Origin: Pirellula staleyi DSM 6068
GTDB taxonomy: Bacteria > Planctomycetota > Planctomycetia > Pirellulales > Pirellulaceae
DNA: 32,000 nucleotides
Direction of reading: 5' to 3'
NCBI GenBank assembly: GCA_000025185.1
Contig: CP001848.1
Location: 5,910,001 to 5,942,000, forward strand
Position 1 is the stretch's first letter, and every line of letters begins with the position of its first letter. The notes under the pieces were generated by a model, which saw only the letters and a list, made by a program, of their open reading frames with translations, did not search any database and was not told the DNA's origin. Shown here one piece after another: positions 1-7,564 of this stretch. The position numbers and the translations under genes were made by a program.

Positions 1-955
1 TGGTGGCAAACGACGGCTTGCCGGGCTCACAGCCGTAGAGTTTCATCGTCTCGGCGGTCTCTTGCGAAAGATCCATCAACTCCGGCGCGGAGGCTTGCAT
101 CCGAAACGCCATTTCATAGCTGGCAATGCGCGTTGCAATTTCAGGATCGCCCGTGGCATCCATGCGAAACTTGTTCATCTGCGCGACTGAGGAAGTGAAT
201 CGCTGCTGCGCTTCGTTATCGATCCCCTCAGGATTGCTGAGATTCAAAATCGGCTGTCCGCTGCTTCGGAGTGGTACGCCTTGGTACGTCGTCGGCAAGA
301 AACCGCTACCCCAGTTCGGCGCACCACCACGGGGTCCGCGTGGCCCCGACTGCAGCACCACGAAACCTGGTAGATCGGTCGACTCACTACCGATGCCATA
401 GGTGAGCCAGGCTCCCATACTCGGACGACCAAACAGCGGCGAACCGGTGTTCATGAAAAACTTGGCGGGACCATGGTTGAACACGTCGGTCTTCACCGCG
501 CGGAGCATGCAGATATCGTCGACGATCTTCGACAAATGGGGCAAGCATTCCGAGACCGTTTGTCCACTCTCGCCATGCTGCGCGAATTTGCGTTTTGTGC
601 CGAGTAGTTTCGCTTCTCCTTTGATGAAGGCGAAGCGTTTGTTCGACACAAACGAAGGCGGAATCACCTGACCATCGAGTTCCTGTAGTTTGGGCTTGGA
701 GTCAAAAAGTTCGAGCTGACTCGGTCCACCTGCCATGAACAGGAAAATGACGTTCTTGGCTTTCGCGGGAAAATGCGTCGGCTTGACCGCCAAGGGATTG
801 ACCGCAGTCGGGCCGGGATTTTCAGCAGCGAAACCGTCCCTCGCAAGGAGCGAACCTGCGGCGATGCCGCCGAGCCCCAACTGGCAATCGCGCAGGAAGT
901 GACGTCGCGCCACCAGTCGCGCGATCTGCTGCTCGGGAGTTAGCGGGGTCATCAT
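1..955 (-). CDS. DUF1501 domain-containing protein (sulfatase-like, Tat signal); 3' part of the gene lies beyond the window start
   Basis: Reverse-strand translation from ATG ATG at 955/952 reads MMTPLTPEQQIARLVARRHFLRDCQLGLGGIAAGSLLA..., a twin-arginine signal. It continues ...THFPAKAKNVIFLFMAGGPSQLELF..., typical of the DUF1501 family. The frame stays open to position 1, so it is absent from the ORF track. It lies 19 nt downstream of a PSCyt/PSD1 gene, its usual partner. Confidence 0.85.
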   Translation of the reverse strand, partial: MMTPLTPEQQIARLVARRHFLRDCQLGLGGIAAGSLLARDGFAAENPGPTAVNPLAVKPTHFPAKAKNVIFLFMAGGPSQLELFDSKPKLQELDGQVIPPSFVSNKRFAFIKGEAKLLGTKRKFAQHGESGQTVSECLPHLSKIVDDICMLRAVKTDVFNHGPAKFFMNTGSPLFGRPSMGAWLTYGIGSESTDLPGFVVLQSGPRGPRGGAPNWGSGFLPTTYQGVPLRSSGQPILNLSNPEGIDNEAQQRFTSSVAQMNKFRMDATGDPEIATRIASYEMAFRMQASAPELMDLSQETAETMKLYGCEPGKPSFAT

Positions 956-974
956 CGGAAGGTTCCTGAGAGCG

Positions 975-3500
975 CTATTCGCGGGTGATCGTTTCATCGA
1001 GGTTCAGCAGAACGCGGCAGAGCCGTACCCAAGGGACAAACTCGCCAGCGGTTCGATCCTGCAGCTTCAGAGGCGTGGCTGGGAGATGCTTGCTGGCAGG
1101 CTCCTGTTGCTTGGGAGCGATCGCTTCACGCTCGGCATGGAGGACCGCGAGAAGCGCCGCCTGTTCATCGCTGGTTGGCTCGCGAGAGGTGGCGAGGACA
1201 AAAGCATATGCTGCGCGAGTTGCATCGTCGGCTGCTGTCGATTCGGCAAGGACTCGATCTGCCATCGCCACCGCACACTCGAAGAACGCCGCATCGTTAG
1301 CCAGCGTGAGGGACTGAAGTGGCGTGTTGCTACGCAAGCGGCGTGTGCAGGAGGTGTTTGCGCCAGGTGCGTCGAAGACCATCAGCGAAGGATCGGGAGC
1401 ACTGCGCCAGAAGAAGGTATACATGCCGCGACGGAAACGCTGATCGTCTTTCGCGACCACCCAATTCTTGCGGTTTTGGGTAAAGGCATACACGCCGTCG
1501 GGCTGCGGAGGAAAGACACTGGGACCGCCCAGCTCGTTTGTGATCAGTCCGCTGGTTGCCAGAGCGACGTCGCGCACGATTTCAGCATCGAGACGCAAAC
1601 GTGACTGTCGCTCGAGAAGAATGTTTTGCGGATCAATCGTCGCTAAATCACTGCGGACACTCGACGACTGCTGATAAACCGCACTCGTCACCATCAGGCG
1701 ATGCATCGCTTTCACGTTCCACTTTTGCTCGAGGAACTCGGCTGCGAGCCACTCGAGTAGCGCGGGATGCGAAGGCTTGGTCCCCTGCACACCAAAATCA
1801 TCTTCCGTTTCCACAATGCCCCGTCCAAAGAACTTCTGCCAGTCGCGGCTCATCACCACGCGCGGTGTCAGAGGCTGATCGGCAGCCACCAACCATTTCG
1901 CGAGATCGAGTCGTCCACCTTCGCCGGTCGTCGTCGCGAGAGGTGGAAGCACGGCGGGTGATTTCCCCGTGACTTGAGGCCCTGGATCGAGAAAATCTCC
2001 CCGCTTGTGGACGAACGTTTCGCGTGGCTTGGGGCGTTCTTTCACCACCAGCGTTGTTTCAATTTTGGGGACCTGCGCTTCGAGCTTGGCAATCTCGTCG
2101 AGCAGTGGAAACTGCTCACGCGTTTCTTTCATCTTGGCGAAGTGACTAACGATATCTTGCTTCATCTTCGGGCTGCGATTCTCGGGCTTTTGCTCGAGGG
2201 CGACACGCACCGCTTGCGGCAGCTTATCGCGATCGTCTCCCAGAGAGGCTTCCCAGGCTTCACGCGCAAGGCGAATCGCTTCTTCGTTCTCCTTGAGCCC
2301 TTTTTTGAGCTTAGCGATTTGCTGATTCAGTTCGTCGCGGCGCGAGAGATCGCCGCGCATCACCTCCATCATGGAGGGGGCTTCAATAGCGGGCTCATCG
2401 CAATTGTTGAGCATCGCAAAAAACTGATAGAACTCGGCCTGCGTAATGGGGTCGTATTTGTGCGTGTGGCAGCGAGCACAGCCGAGCGTAAGCCCCAGGA
2501 ATACCGATCCGACGGTCGACACACGATCGGCTACTGCTTCCACGCGGAACTGCTCGGGATCGGTTCCACCTTCTTCATTGGTCAGCGTGTTGCGATGAAA
2601 TCCAGTTGCCACCTGCTGCTCGAGTGTGGCCGCAGGGAGCATGTCCCCCGCAATCTGCTCAATCGTGAACTGATCGAAAGGCATCCCTCGGTTGATGGCA
2701 CCGATTACCCATTCGCGATACTTCCAGATGTTTCGCGCGGAGTCGATGGTGTAGCCGTTGCTGTCGGCGTAGCGCGCTAGATCGAGCCAATGGCGGCCCC
2801 AGCGTTCGCCATAAGCGGGTGAAGCCAAGAGTCGATCGACCACTTTCTCATAGGCATCGGGAGACTCGTCGGCCAGGAACGACTGAATTTCTGCGGGGGT
2901 TGGAGGGAGCCCCACGAGGTCGAGATAGACGCGGCGGAGCAACTGGGTTTTGTCGGCGACTGACGATGGCGCAATCCCCTGCTCTTCGAGACGCGCGAGG
3001 ATAAAGTAGTCGATGGGCGTTTGGGGCCACGAGCTGTTTCGGACTGCTGGCAGCGGTGGACGTTGGATTGGCTGAAACGACCAATGATCGGCCCCAGCGA
3101 CCCGGGCGATTTTCTCGTCGGGCAACTTTGCCCCCGCATCGATCCAGGTGGCGAGCAGTTTGATCTGCGTTTCGCTGAGAGGGTCCCCTTCGGTCGGCAT
3201 TTGCGAAATCGTATCGCTTGTGCCACGAACGGCGTGCAGCAGCAAGCTCTTTTCGCTGGCACCTGCGATCAATACTGGTCCGCTATCGCCCCCCGCCAAG
3301 ATTCCAGGCGATGCATCGAGTCGCAGACCGTTTTCCTGTTTCTTTTCGCCATGACACGCCACACAATGCTTAGCGAAGATCGGCTTAATCTCGGTGAGAT
3401 AGTCGGGAGCAGGCGAGCTGGTTTCGGCGCGGAGAAAGGCCGGGCGAGCGGCAAACGCGATCGCGAAAACTGTCGCTAGGAAATAGACGAACCGTCGCAT
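975..3500 (-). CDS. Planctomycete cytochrome-c (PSCyt1) / DUF1549 / DUF1553 (PSD1) domain protein
   Basis: ORF 975..3581. There is a CxxCH heme motif ([17 protein letters not shown]) near the N-terminus. A central DUF1549-like block follows ([20 protein letters not shown], ...[20 protein letters not shown]). The DUF1553-like C-terminal part ends ...[12 protein letters not shown]. Start placed at the internal Met at 3500, where a signal peptide begins ([26 protein letters not shown]). Confidence 0.9.
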   Translation of the reverse strand: MRRFVYFLATVFAIAFAARPAFLRAETSSPAPDYLTEIKPIFAKHCVACHGEKKQENGLRLDASPGILAGGDSGPVLIAGASEKSLLLHAVRGTSDTISQMPTEGDPLSETQIKLLATWIDAGAKLPDEKIARVAGADHWSFQPIQRPPLPAVRNSSWPQTPIDYFILARLEEQGIAPSSVADKTQLLRRVYLDLVGLPPTPAEIQSFLADESPDAYEKVVDRLLASPAYGERWGRHWLDLARYADSNGYTIDSARNIWKYREWVIGAINRGMPFDQFTIEQIAGDMLPAATLEQQVATGFHRNTLTNEEGGTDPEQFRVEAVADRVSTVGSVFLGLTLGCARCHTHKYDPITQAEFYQFFAMLNNCDEPAIEAPSMMEVMRGDLSRRDELNQQIAKLKKGLKENEEAIRLAREAWEASLGDDRDKLPQAVRVALEQKPENRSPKMKQDIVSHFAKMKETREQFPLLDEIAKLEAQVPKIETTLVVKERPKPRETFVHKRGDFLDPGPQVTGKSPAVLPPLATTTGEGGRLDLAKWLVAADQPLTPRVVMSRDWQKFFGRGIVETEDDFGVQGTKPSHPALLEWLAAEFLEQKWNVKAMHRLMVTSAVYQQSSSVRSDLATIDPQNILLERQSRLRLDAEIVRDVALATSGLITNELGGPSVFPPQPDGVYAFTQNRKNWVVAKDDQRFRRGMYTFFWRSAPDPSLMVFDAPGANTSCTRRLRSNTPLQSLTLANDAAFFECAVAMADRVLAESTAADDATRAAYAFVLATSREPTSDEQAALLAVLHAEREAIAPKQQEPASKHLPATPLKLQDRTAGEFVPWVRLCRVLLNLDETITRE

Positions 3501-3859
3501 CGGCGGGGATACTCGCAAGGGTGAGAGAGTTGCGAAATCGGGCGGGCTGGATCCTTGAGTATCGACTCCTCGTGGAGCCATCGCAAGCGAAATTAGCCCC
3601 TAACCGCTGGTGTCTGCTAGGGTCCAGTCCGCCGAGTGACTTTGCGGCGGTGAAATCCCCCTAACCAACTGCGTCTTCGACAATCTGGCCCAATTACTGG
3701 TCCTCCGTTCATCTGGCGACTACGTTAGAAGTTGGCCCCATCTCCCAGCTAGAGGAAAACGAGGCTTTCCTCGCAAGGTCGCCTCGCTCTAGAATTAAGA
3801 GCTACCCACCAGCCTCTTGCATTTTGCACTTCCCGCCCCATCGCTCCAGGAAAATCGGT

Positions 3860-4744
3860 ATGCGTCACTTCACCGCTCAAGGTCGTCGCTTGTTTTCGAT
3901 GGGGATGGCGGCCATCGCCCTACTAATCCTGGCTCAGCCCTCGATTGCGCAAGATATTCCCCGTCCGCCAGAAATGCCGCGCGAACAGCTCCGAACGACC
4001 GGCAAGGTGCTTGGAATTCGTGGTCCCTTGCTGCAGTTCGAGACAGCTGAAGGGGAAAAGTGGGTGGTGCAAATCCAAGCTCGGCCGCAAGACGTGGAGT
4101 ATATCGGCAACGCCGAAGCAGGCTTTTTGAAGCCCGGCATGCTGGTGCGTTTCACGGCCAAAGTGAACAAGCGTGGGGATGCGACCGAGCCTGTCGATCA
4201 ACTGACACTGTTTACCTTGCGGGAAGGTTGGCCGGTGGGTGTGGTGTCGGCTGCTGATCTGGGTGGGGGTGAAGGCCCCGATCTCTTTGAGAGCAAGGAG
4301 GAAGCGCCTGCCCCGAAGCCTGCTCCCAAAACGGTCGAGACACCTACCTATCAAGTCAGCGGTCAGATCGTGAAGATCAGCCGACTTGGGGAAATGACCA
4401 TTAGCGCGGGCTCGGCCAATGTCAAAGCTAAGCTTGATCCCGAGGCGAAGGTTTCGGTCGACATGGCGGACTTCAGCTACGTGATGCCCGGCGATGAAGT
4501 GGCGGTCGAAGGTTGGTACTACCCGGGTCGAAAAGGACAAGGGATAGCGACGCGCGTGAGCGTTACGGCAAAGGAACCGCTGGTCGATCCGAAGAAGAAA
4601 ACTCGTAAGCCACCGATGACCGAAGAGCCAGCTGGTCAAAAAGAGGAAGCTGCCGAGGGGGCCAAGCCTGCTGAAGAAAAAGCTGGCGATGCCAAGCCGG
4701 CTGAAGCCAAAACCGAAGAAGCCAAGCCAGCAGCGAGTGAATAA
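3860..4744 (+). CDS. hypothetical secreted protein with two weakly similar beta-rich repeats and a K/A/E/P-rich C-terminal tail
   Basis: ORF 3824..4744 (track start is TTG). The ATG at 3860 gives MRHFTAQGRRLFSMGMAAIALLILAQPSIAQ, a signal peptide, and AGGAAA sits 8 nt upstream. No recognisable catalytic motifs. The tail reads KPAEEKAGDAKPAEAKTEEAKPAASE. Confidence 0.6.
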   Translation: MRHFTAQGRRLFSMGMAAIALLILAQPSIAQDIPRPPEMPREQLRTTGKVLGIRGPLLQFETAEGEKWVVQIQARPQDVEYIGNAEAGFLKPGMLVRFTAKVNKRGDATEPVDQLTLFTLREGWPVGVVSAADLGGGEGPDLFESKEEAPAPKPAPKTVETPTYQVSGQIVKISRLGEMTISAGSANVKAKLDPEAKVSVDMADFSYVMPGDEVAVEGWYYPGRKGQGIATRVSVTAKEPLVDPKKKTRKPPMTEEPAGQKEEAAEGAKPAEEKAGDAKPAEAKTEEAKPAASE

Positions 4745-4796
4745 CGATCGCGGCTAAAGATCTCCCAAGCTCGATCCTGGTTCGCTTGGCGAGCGG

Positions 4797-5630
4797 CTAT
4801 TTCATCGGCTCCATCCAGTTGCTGGGTGGGGTCATCTTGAGGGTCCAGAGCACCCCTTGGGTCATGAGGCGTTGATACGCAGGCTCGTCCCAATTGGTGT
4901 GCACGTGTAGTGCTGAAAAACCAAAGCTGCGTCCTTCATCAGGACGTTCCCAGCACCAGCCGATCAGCTCCCATTTGTCGTCGATCTTGGCCTCGATCAG
5001 CGGGGTAATCAGCTGCTGATCTTTGTTCGCTTCGTCGCGCACTTCTTTGAGTCGGTAATAGAACTCATCATAGATTTGTAGTTCGCCGAGACCTTGGGTA
5101 ATCGGGTGCGTTTCGGAGACTGGTCGGATGCTGGTCTTCACGAACTTGTATTTACGATCTTCGCCGCCGTGACAAGCGCCGAATAACGCGACGAACGGAG
5201 GAATCGGCTCCGCCTTGCGCGTTCCCATCCCCCAGTGAATCACCGTGAGTCCACCGCCACGTGCGGCAAACTTGTGGAAGATTTCGAGTCGACGAGGCTC
5301 GGCACTGAGCCACTTCGCACCTTCCGAGAGGAAAAGCACCACGCCATCAGCACCGTCGAGTGCGTCGCTCTTTTCAGGCCACGCAGCTTCGGCCATTTCG
5401 ATTTTGATCTCTAGACCATCGATCGGTTTTAAGAGTTCCGCCAGCCGCTTCTGCCCCAAAACATACTCGTGCGTCCCTACGGGATGACCGTCAGGTCCCT
5501 GGGCGAGAAGTAGCAGTTGCTTGGAACGTTTCGCTGGCTCCTGGGCAAGCGTGTTCTGCGCATCGAGTTGACCGATGAGAGCAAATGCGGCTGTCAGAAG
5601 TACGAACCGAGAGATGGTGCCGCATAGCAT
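4797..5630 (-). CDS. ThuA-like domain protein (class-I glutamine-amidotransferase-like fold), secreted
   Basis: ORF 4797..5774. ThuA-family hallmarks are GGGLTVIHWG, HPITQGLGELQIYDEFYY and GRSFGFSALHVHTNWDEPAY..QGVLW. I prefer the Met at 5630 because MLCGTISRFVLLTAAFALIGQLDAQ is a signal peptide. The ATG at 5774 remains possible. Confidence 0.7.
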   Translation of the reverse strand: MLCGTISRFVLLTAAFALIGQLDAQNTLAQEPAKRSKQLLLLAQGPDGHPVGTHEYVLGQKRLAELLKPIDGLEIKIEMAEAAWPEKSDALDGADGVVLFLSEGAKWLSAEPRRLEIFHKFAARGGGLTVIHWGMGTRKAEPIPPFVALFGACHGGEDRKYKFVKTSIRPVSETHPITQGLGELQIYDEFYYRLKEVRDEANKDQQLITPLIEAKIDDKWELIGWCWERPDEGRSFGFSALHVHTNWDEPAYQRLMTQGVLWTLKMTPPSNWMEPMK

Positions 5631-5794
5631 GGTGGAGAGCCCTGCTGCTGAAGTGGTGAACAAGATCGAATTGGCTGCTGGAAACAGATCGCCAGGAATA
5701 TCAATCGCTGCGATCGGCTTGCTTTGAAAGCCTGTGCGCACAAAAAAGCAGTCGAGGAGGCCCTTGAGCTTCATCGACTGCTGTGGATTTTGGT

Positions 5795-5821
5795 AGCTCG
5801 TCGCTAAAGATGCAACGAGCT
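5795..5821 (-). terminator. stem-loop downstream of the SHD1 gene (candidate terminator without a U-tract)
   Basis: On the minus strand AGCTCGTTGC-atcttta-GCGACGAGCT forms a 10-bp stem (one G-U pair) with a 7-nt loop. It lies 33 nt after the stop at 5854. No clear U-run follows. Confidence 0.35.
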
Positions 5822-5853
5822 TCGCTTAAATTCGATCGATCCGACTTGCTGCG

Positions 5854-7110
5854 TTACCGTGCAGCAAGCTCGGCCAATTTTTCGCTACCGTGACGCTCGA
5901 TCACTTCGCGAACATACTCTTGATCCGCAGGGCTAAGACGTTCGACAGGCACAGTCGTGGTGCGACCGGTTGTCTTGAGAATACGTACCTTGCCATCGAG
6001 GATCAGAATCAAACGGCCTTCGACTCGGAAGCCACCGGTGCTGTCGGTCCAGTTGCGAAGCGGAAGACCTTCAGCCGAGATCTTGAAGGGGTCGGCAAAG
6101 GGATCATCAGCAGCGGGGACTGGCGTGTTGGCTGGTGGTGGCTCTTCGGCTGGAACTTCGGCAGCTTCAGCGGCTGGTGCAGCAGGTTCTGCTGCTGGTG
6201 CGGGAGCGGCAGGTTCGCCAAACAGGTCGTCAACAGGATCAGCGGCTGGTGCTGGTGCGGGGGCAGGTGCCTCAGCAGCGGGCGCAGCGACAGGAGCAAA
6301 AGGATCGTCGGCAGCAGGTGCTGGAGCGGGAGCCTCGGCTGGCTCTTCAGCTGGCACAGGTGCAGGAGCGGGAGCTTCAGCAGCCGGAGCAAAGGGATCG
6401 TCTGCAGCGGGTGCTGGCATCGGGGCCGGTGCTGGGGCTTCCGCTGGTTCTTCAGCAGGAGCTGGTGCTTCAGGGGCTGGAGCTTCGGGAGCGGGAGCTT
6501 CGGGAGCGGGAGCCGGTGCTGGCTTGGGAGTGTCGAACAAGTCCCCCAGGTCGTCCGCCGGAGCTGGCATTGGTGCCGGAGCGGGTGCTTCTGGGGCAGG
6601 GACTTCTGGAGCGGGGACTTCTGGTGCAGGGGCTGGTTCAGGAGCAGGAGCTCCCGGAGCCGGAACTGGCGCTGGTTCTGGTGCCGGTGCAGGTGCAGGT
6701 GCTTCAGGCGCTAGCACGGGCGCTGGTGGTTCAGGGGCCGGCGTTTCCGGAGCTGGAACCGGTGCTGGTGGTTCAGGCATTGGAGCCGGAGCGGGAGCTT
6801 CTGGGGCTGGAACCTCAGGCTTTGTTGCCTCAGGGGCTGGCACCTCAGCAGCGGGCGTCATTGGAGCTGGCTCGGGCATCGGTGCAGGAGCTTCTGGCTC
6901 GGGCATCGGGGTCGGTTCCACAGGGGCATCGCCCGCTGCAGCTGCCGCACCAGTTTCCCCGGCAACTTCGCAGCATGGCGGTGGAGGGCAGCAGCGACGC
7001 GAACGTCGAGCAGCCAACCAACGACAGGCCATTGCCGTGTCGATCAGTGTGAGCGAAGCAATCAGACCAACCAACGCCACCTTGCACCATCGTGCGAGCG
7101 ACTTGCGCAT
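5854..7110 (-). CDS. membrane-anchored or secreted P/A-rich protein with a C-terminal SHD1 (SLA1 homology domain 1)
   Basis: ORF 5854..7167. The Met at 7110 gives MRKSLARWCKVALVGLIASLTLIDTAMA, a signal or anchor sequence. This is followed by the Cys cluster CRWLAARRSRRCCPPPPCCE and about 290 aa of (A/E/V)PAPE-type low complexity. The C-terminal RNWTDSTGGFRVEGRLILILDGKVRILKTTGRTTTVPVERLSPADQEYV matches the SHD1 pattern R.W.D..G.F...A......G.V.L....G....VP...LS..D..Y. Confidence 0.75.
   Translation of the reverse strand: MRKSLARWCKVALVGLIASLTLIDTAMACRWLAARRSRRCCPPPPCCEVAGETGAAAAAGDAPVEPTPMPEPEAPAPMPEPAPMTPAAEVPAPEATKPEVPAPEAPAPAPMPEPPAPVPAPETPAPEPPAPVLAPEAPAPAPAPEPAPVPAPGAPAPEPAPAPEVPAPEVPAPEAPAPAPMPAPADDLGDLFDTPKPAPAPAPEAPAPEAPAPEAPAPAEEPAEAPAPAPMPAPAADDPFAPAAEAPAPAPVPAEEPAEAPAPAPAADDPFAPVAAPAAEAPAPAPAPAADPVDDLFGEPAAPAPAAEPAAPAAEAAEVPAEEPPPANTPVPAADDPFADPFKISAEGLPLRNWTDSTGGFRVEGRLILILDGKVRILKTTGRTTTVPVERLSPADQEYVREVIERHGSEKLAELAAR
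6094..6954 (-). repeat. in-frame degenerate P/A/E tandem repeats (low-complexity coding region)
   Basis: Runs of APAPEAPAPEAPAPE. Larger duplicated units are also present: EVPAPEAPAPAPMPEP vs EVPAPEAPAPAPMPAP, and EEPAEAPAPAPMPAPAADDPFAP vs EEPAEAPAPAPAADDPFAP. The region generates long shadow ORFs in several frames. Confidence 0.85.
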
Positions 7111-7564
7111 CGAAGCAATCTCCAAGTTCAATGTGCGACTAGTTCTATCGTGCCAAACAATGTACATGCAGTATCGAGCTGAAAAACCCAGCCGACACGT
7201 TTATTTCAGGGGCTAGACAGCCATCGAGCGGGCTATCTGGCAGCTTCTATCCGGTCGATTTCGAGCCGTTTCGCTCCACAGGCTTATTCTGCCCAAGGTT
7301 TTCAAGCGACTCGCATAAGTTGGGCATTCAAAAGCCGTTTGTTACGGAAAACCCCAGCTGATCTGACGCCAACGCGACACTTCCCGACGGAAGCGTCCTG
7401 AAGCAACAGCGTAACATCACGAGTGAAATCGCTGCCGCCCGAGCGAAGTGCGTCAAACCTTGCGCAACTTATCTCGATTATGCTACCCCGCAGGAAAGAG
7501 CCTAGCAACCAAATCTGCTGGCACCGATTTTTGGGGTACGGTCAGAGACGACCAGATTTGCCAG

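Noticed and set aside
1974-2780. 268-aa plus-strand ORF, plus several smaller ones between 985 and 3479
   Set aside because: They are antisense to the PSCyt/DUF1549/DUF1553 gene and show no domain signatures.
3817-3830. Reading the TTGCAT/TTTTGCA elements (also 17045-17063) as sigma54 -24/-12 promoters or FNR/CRP boxes
   Set aside because: There is no GG-N10-GC spacing. The two TTGCA units are 7 or 9 nt apart, not a fixed distance. TTGCA-N5-TGCAA symmetry exists only in the sufC copy.
4745-4796. Weak hairpins between convergent genes: CCAAGC-N13-GCTTGG here, TCATT-TTTT-AATGA at 24941-24954, and GCAC-N11-GTGC at 30150-30168
   Set aside because: The stems are only 4-6 bp and AT-rich or have large loops. 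They are too weak to call terminators from sequence alone.
6094-6954. Repeat array that might be mistaken for a CRISPR or other non-coding tandem repeat
   Set aside because: The repeats are degenerate, in codon phase and inside an intact ORF. There is no repeat-spacer alternation and there are no cas genes.
5890-7216. Long plus-strand ORFs (5957-7216, 419 aa G/A/S-rich; 6135-7052; 5890-6714) opposite the P/A-rich gene
   Set aside because: They are mirror images of the GC-rich PAPE repeat and are pure low complexity. Only the minus-strand frame has a signal or anchor sequence and a recognisable folded domain (SHD1).
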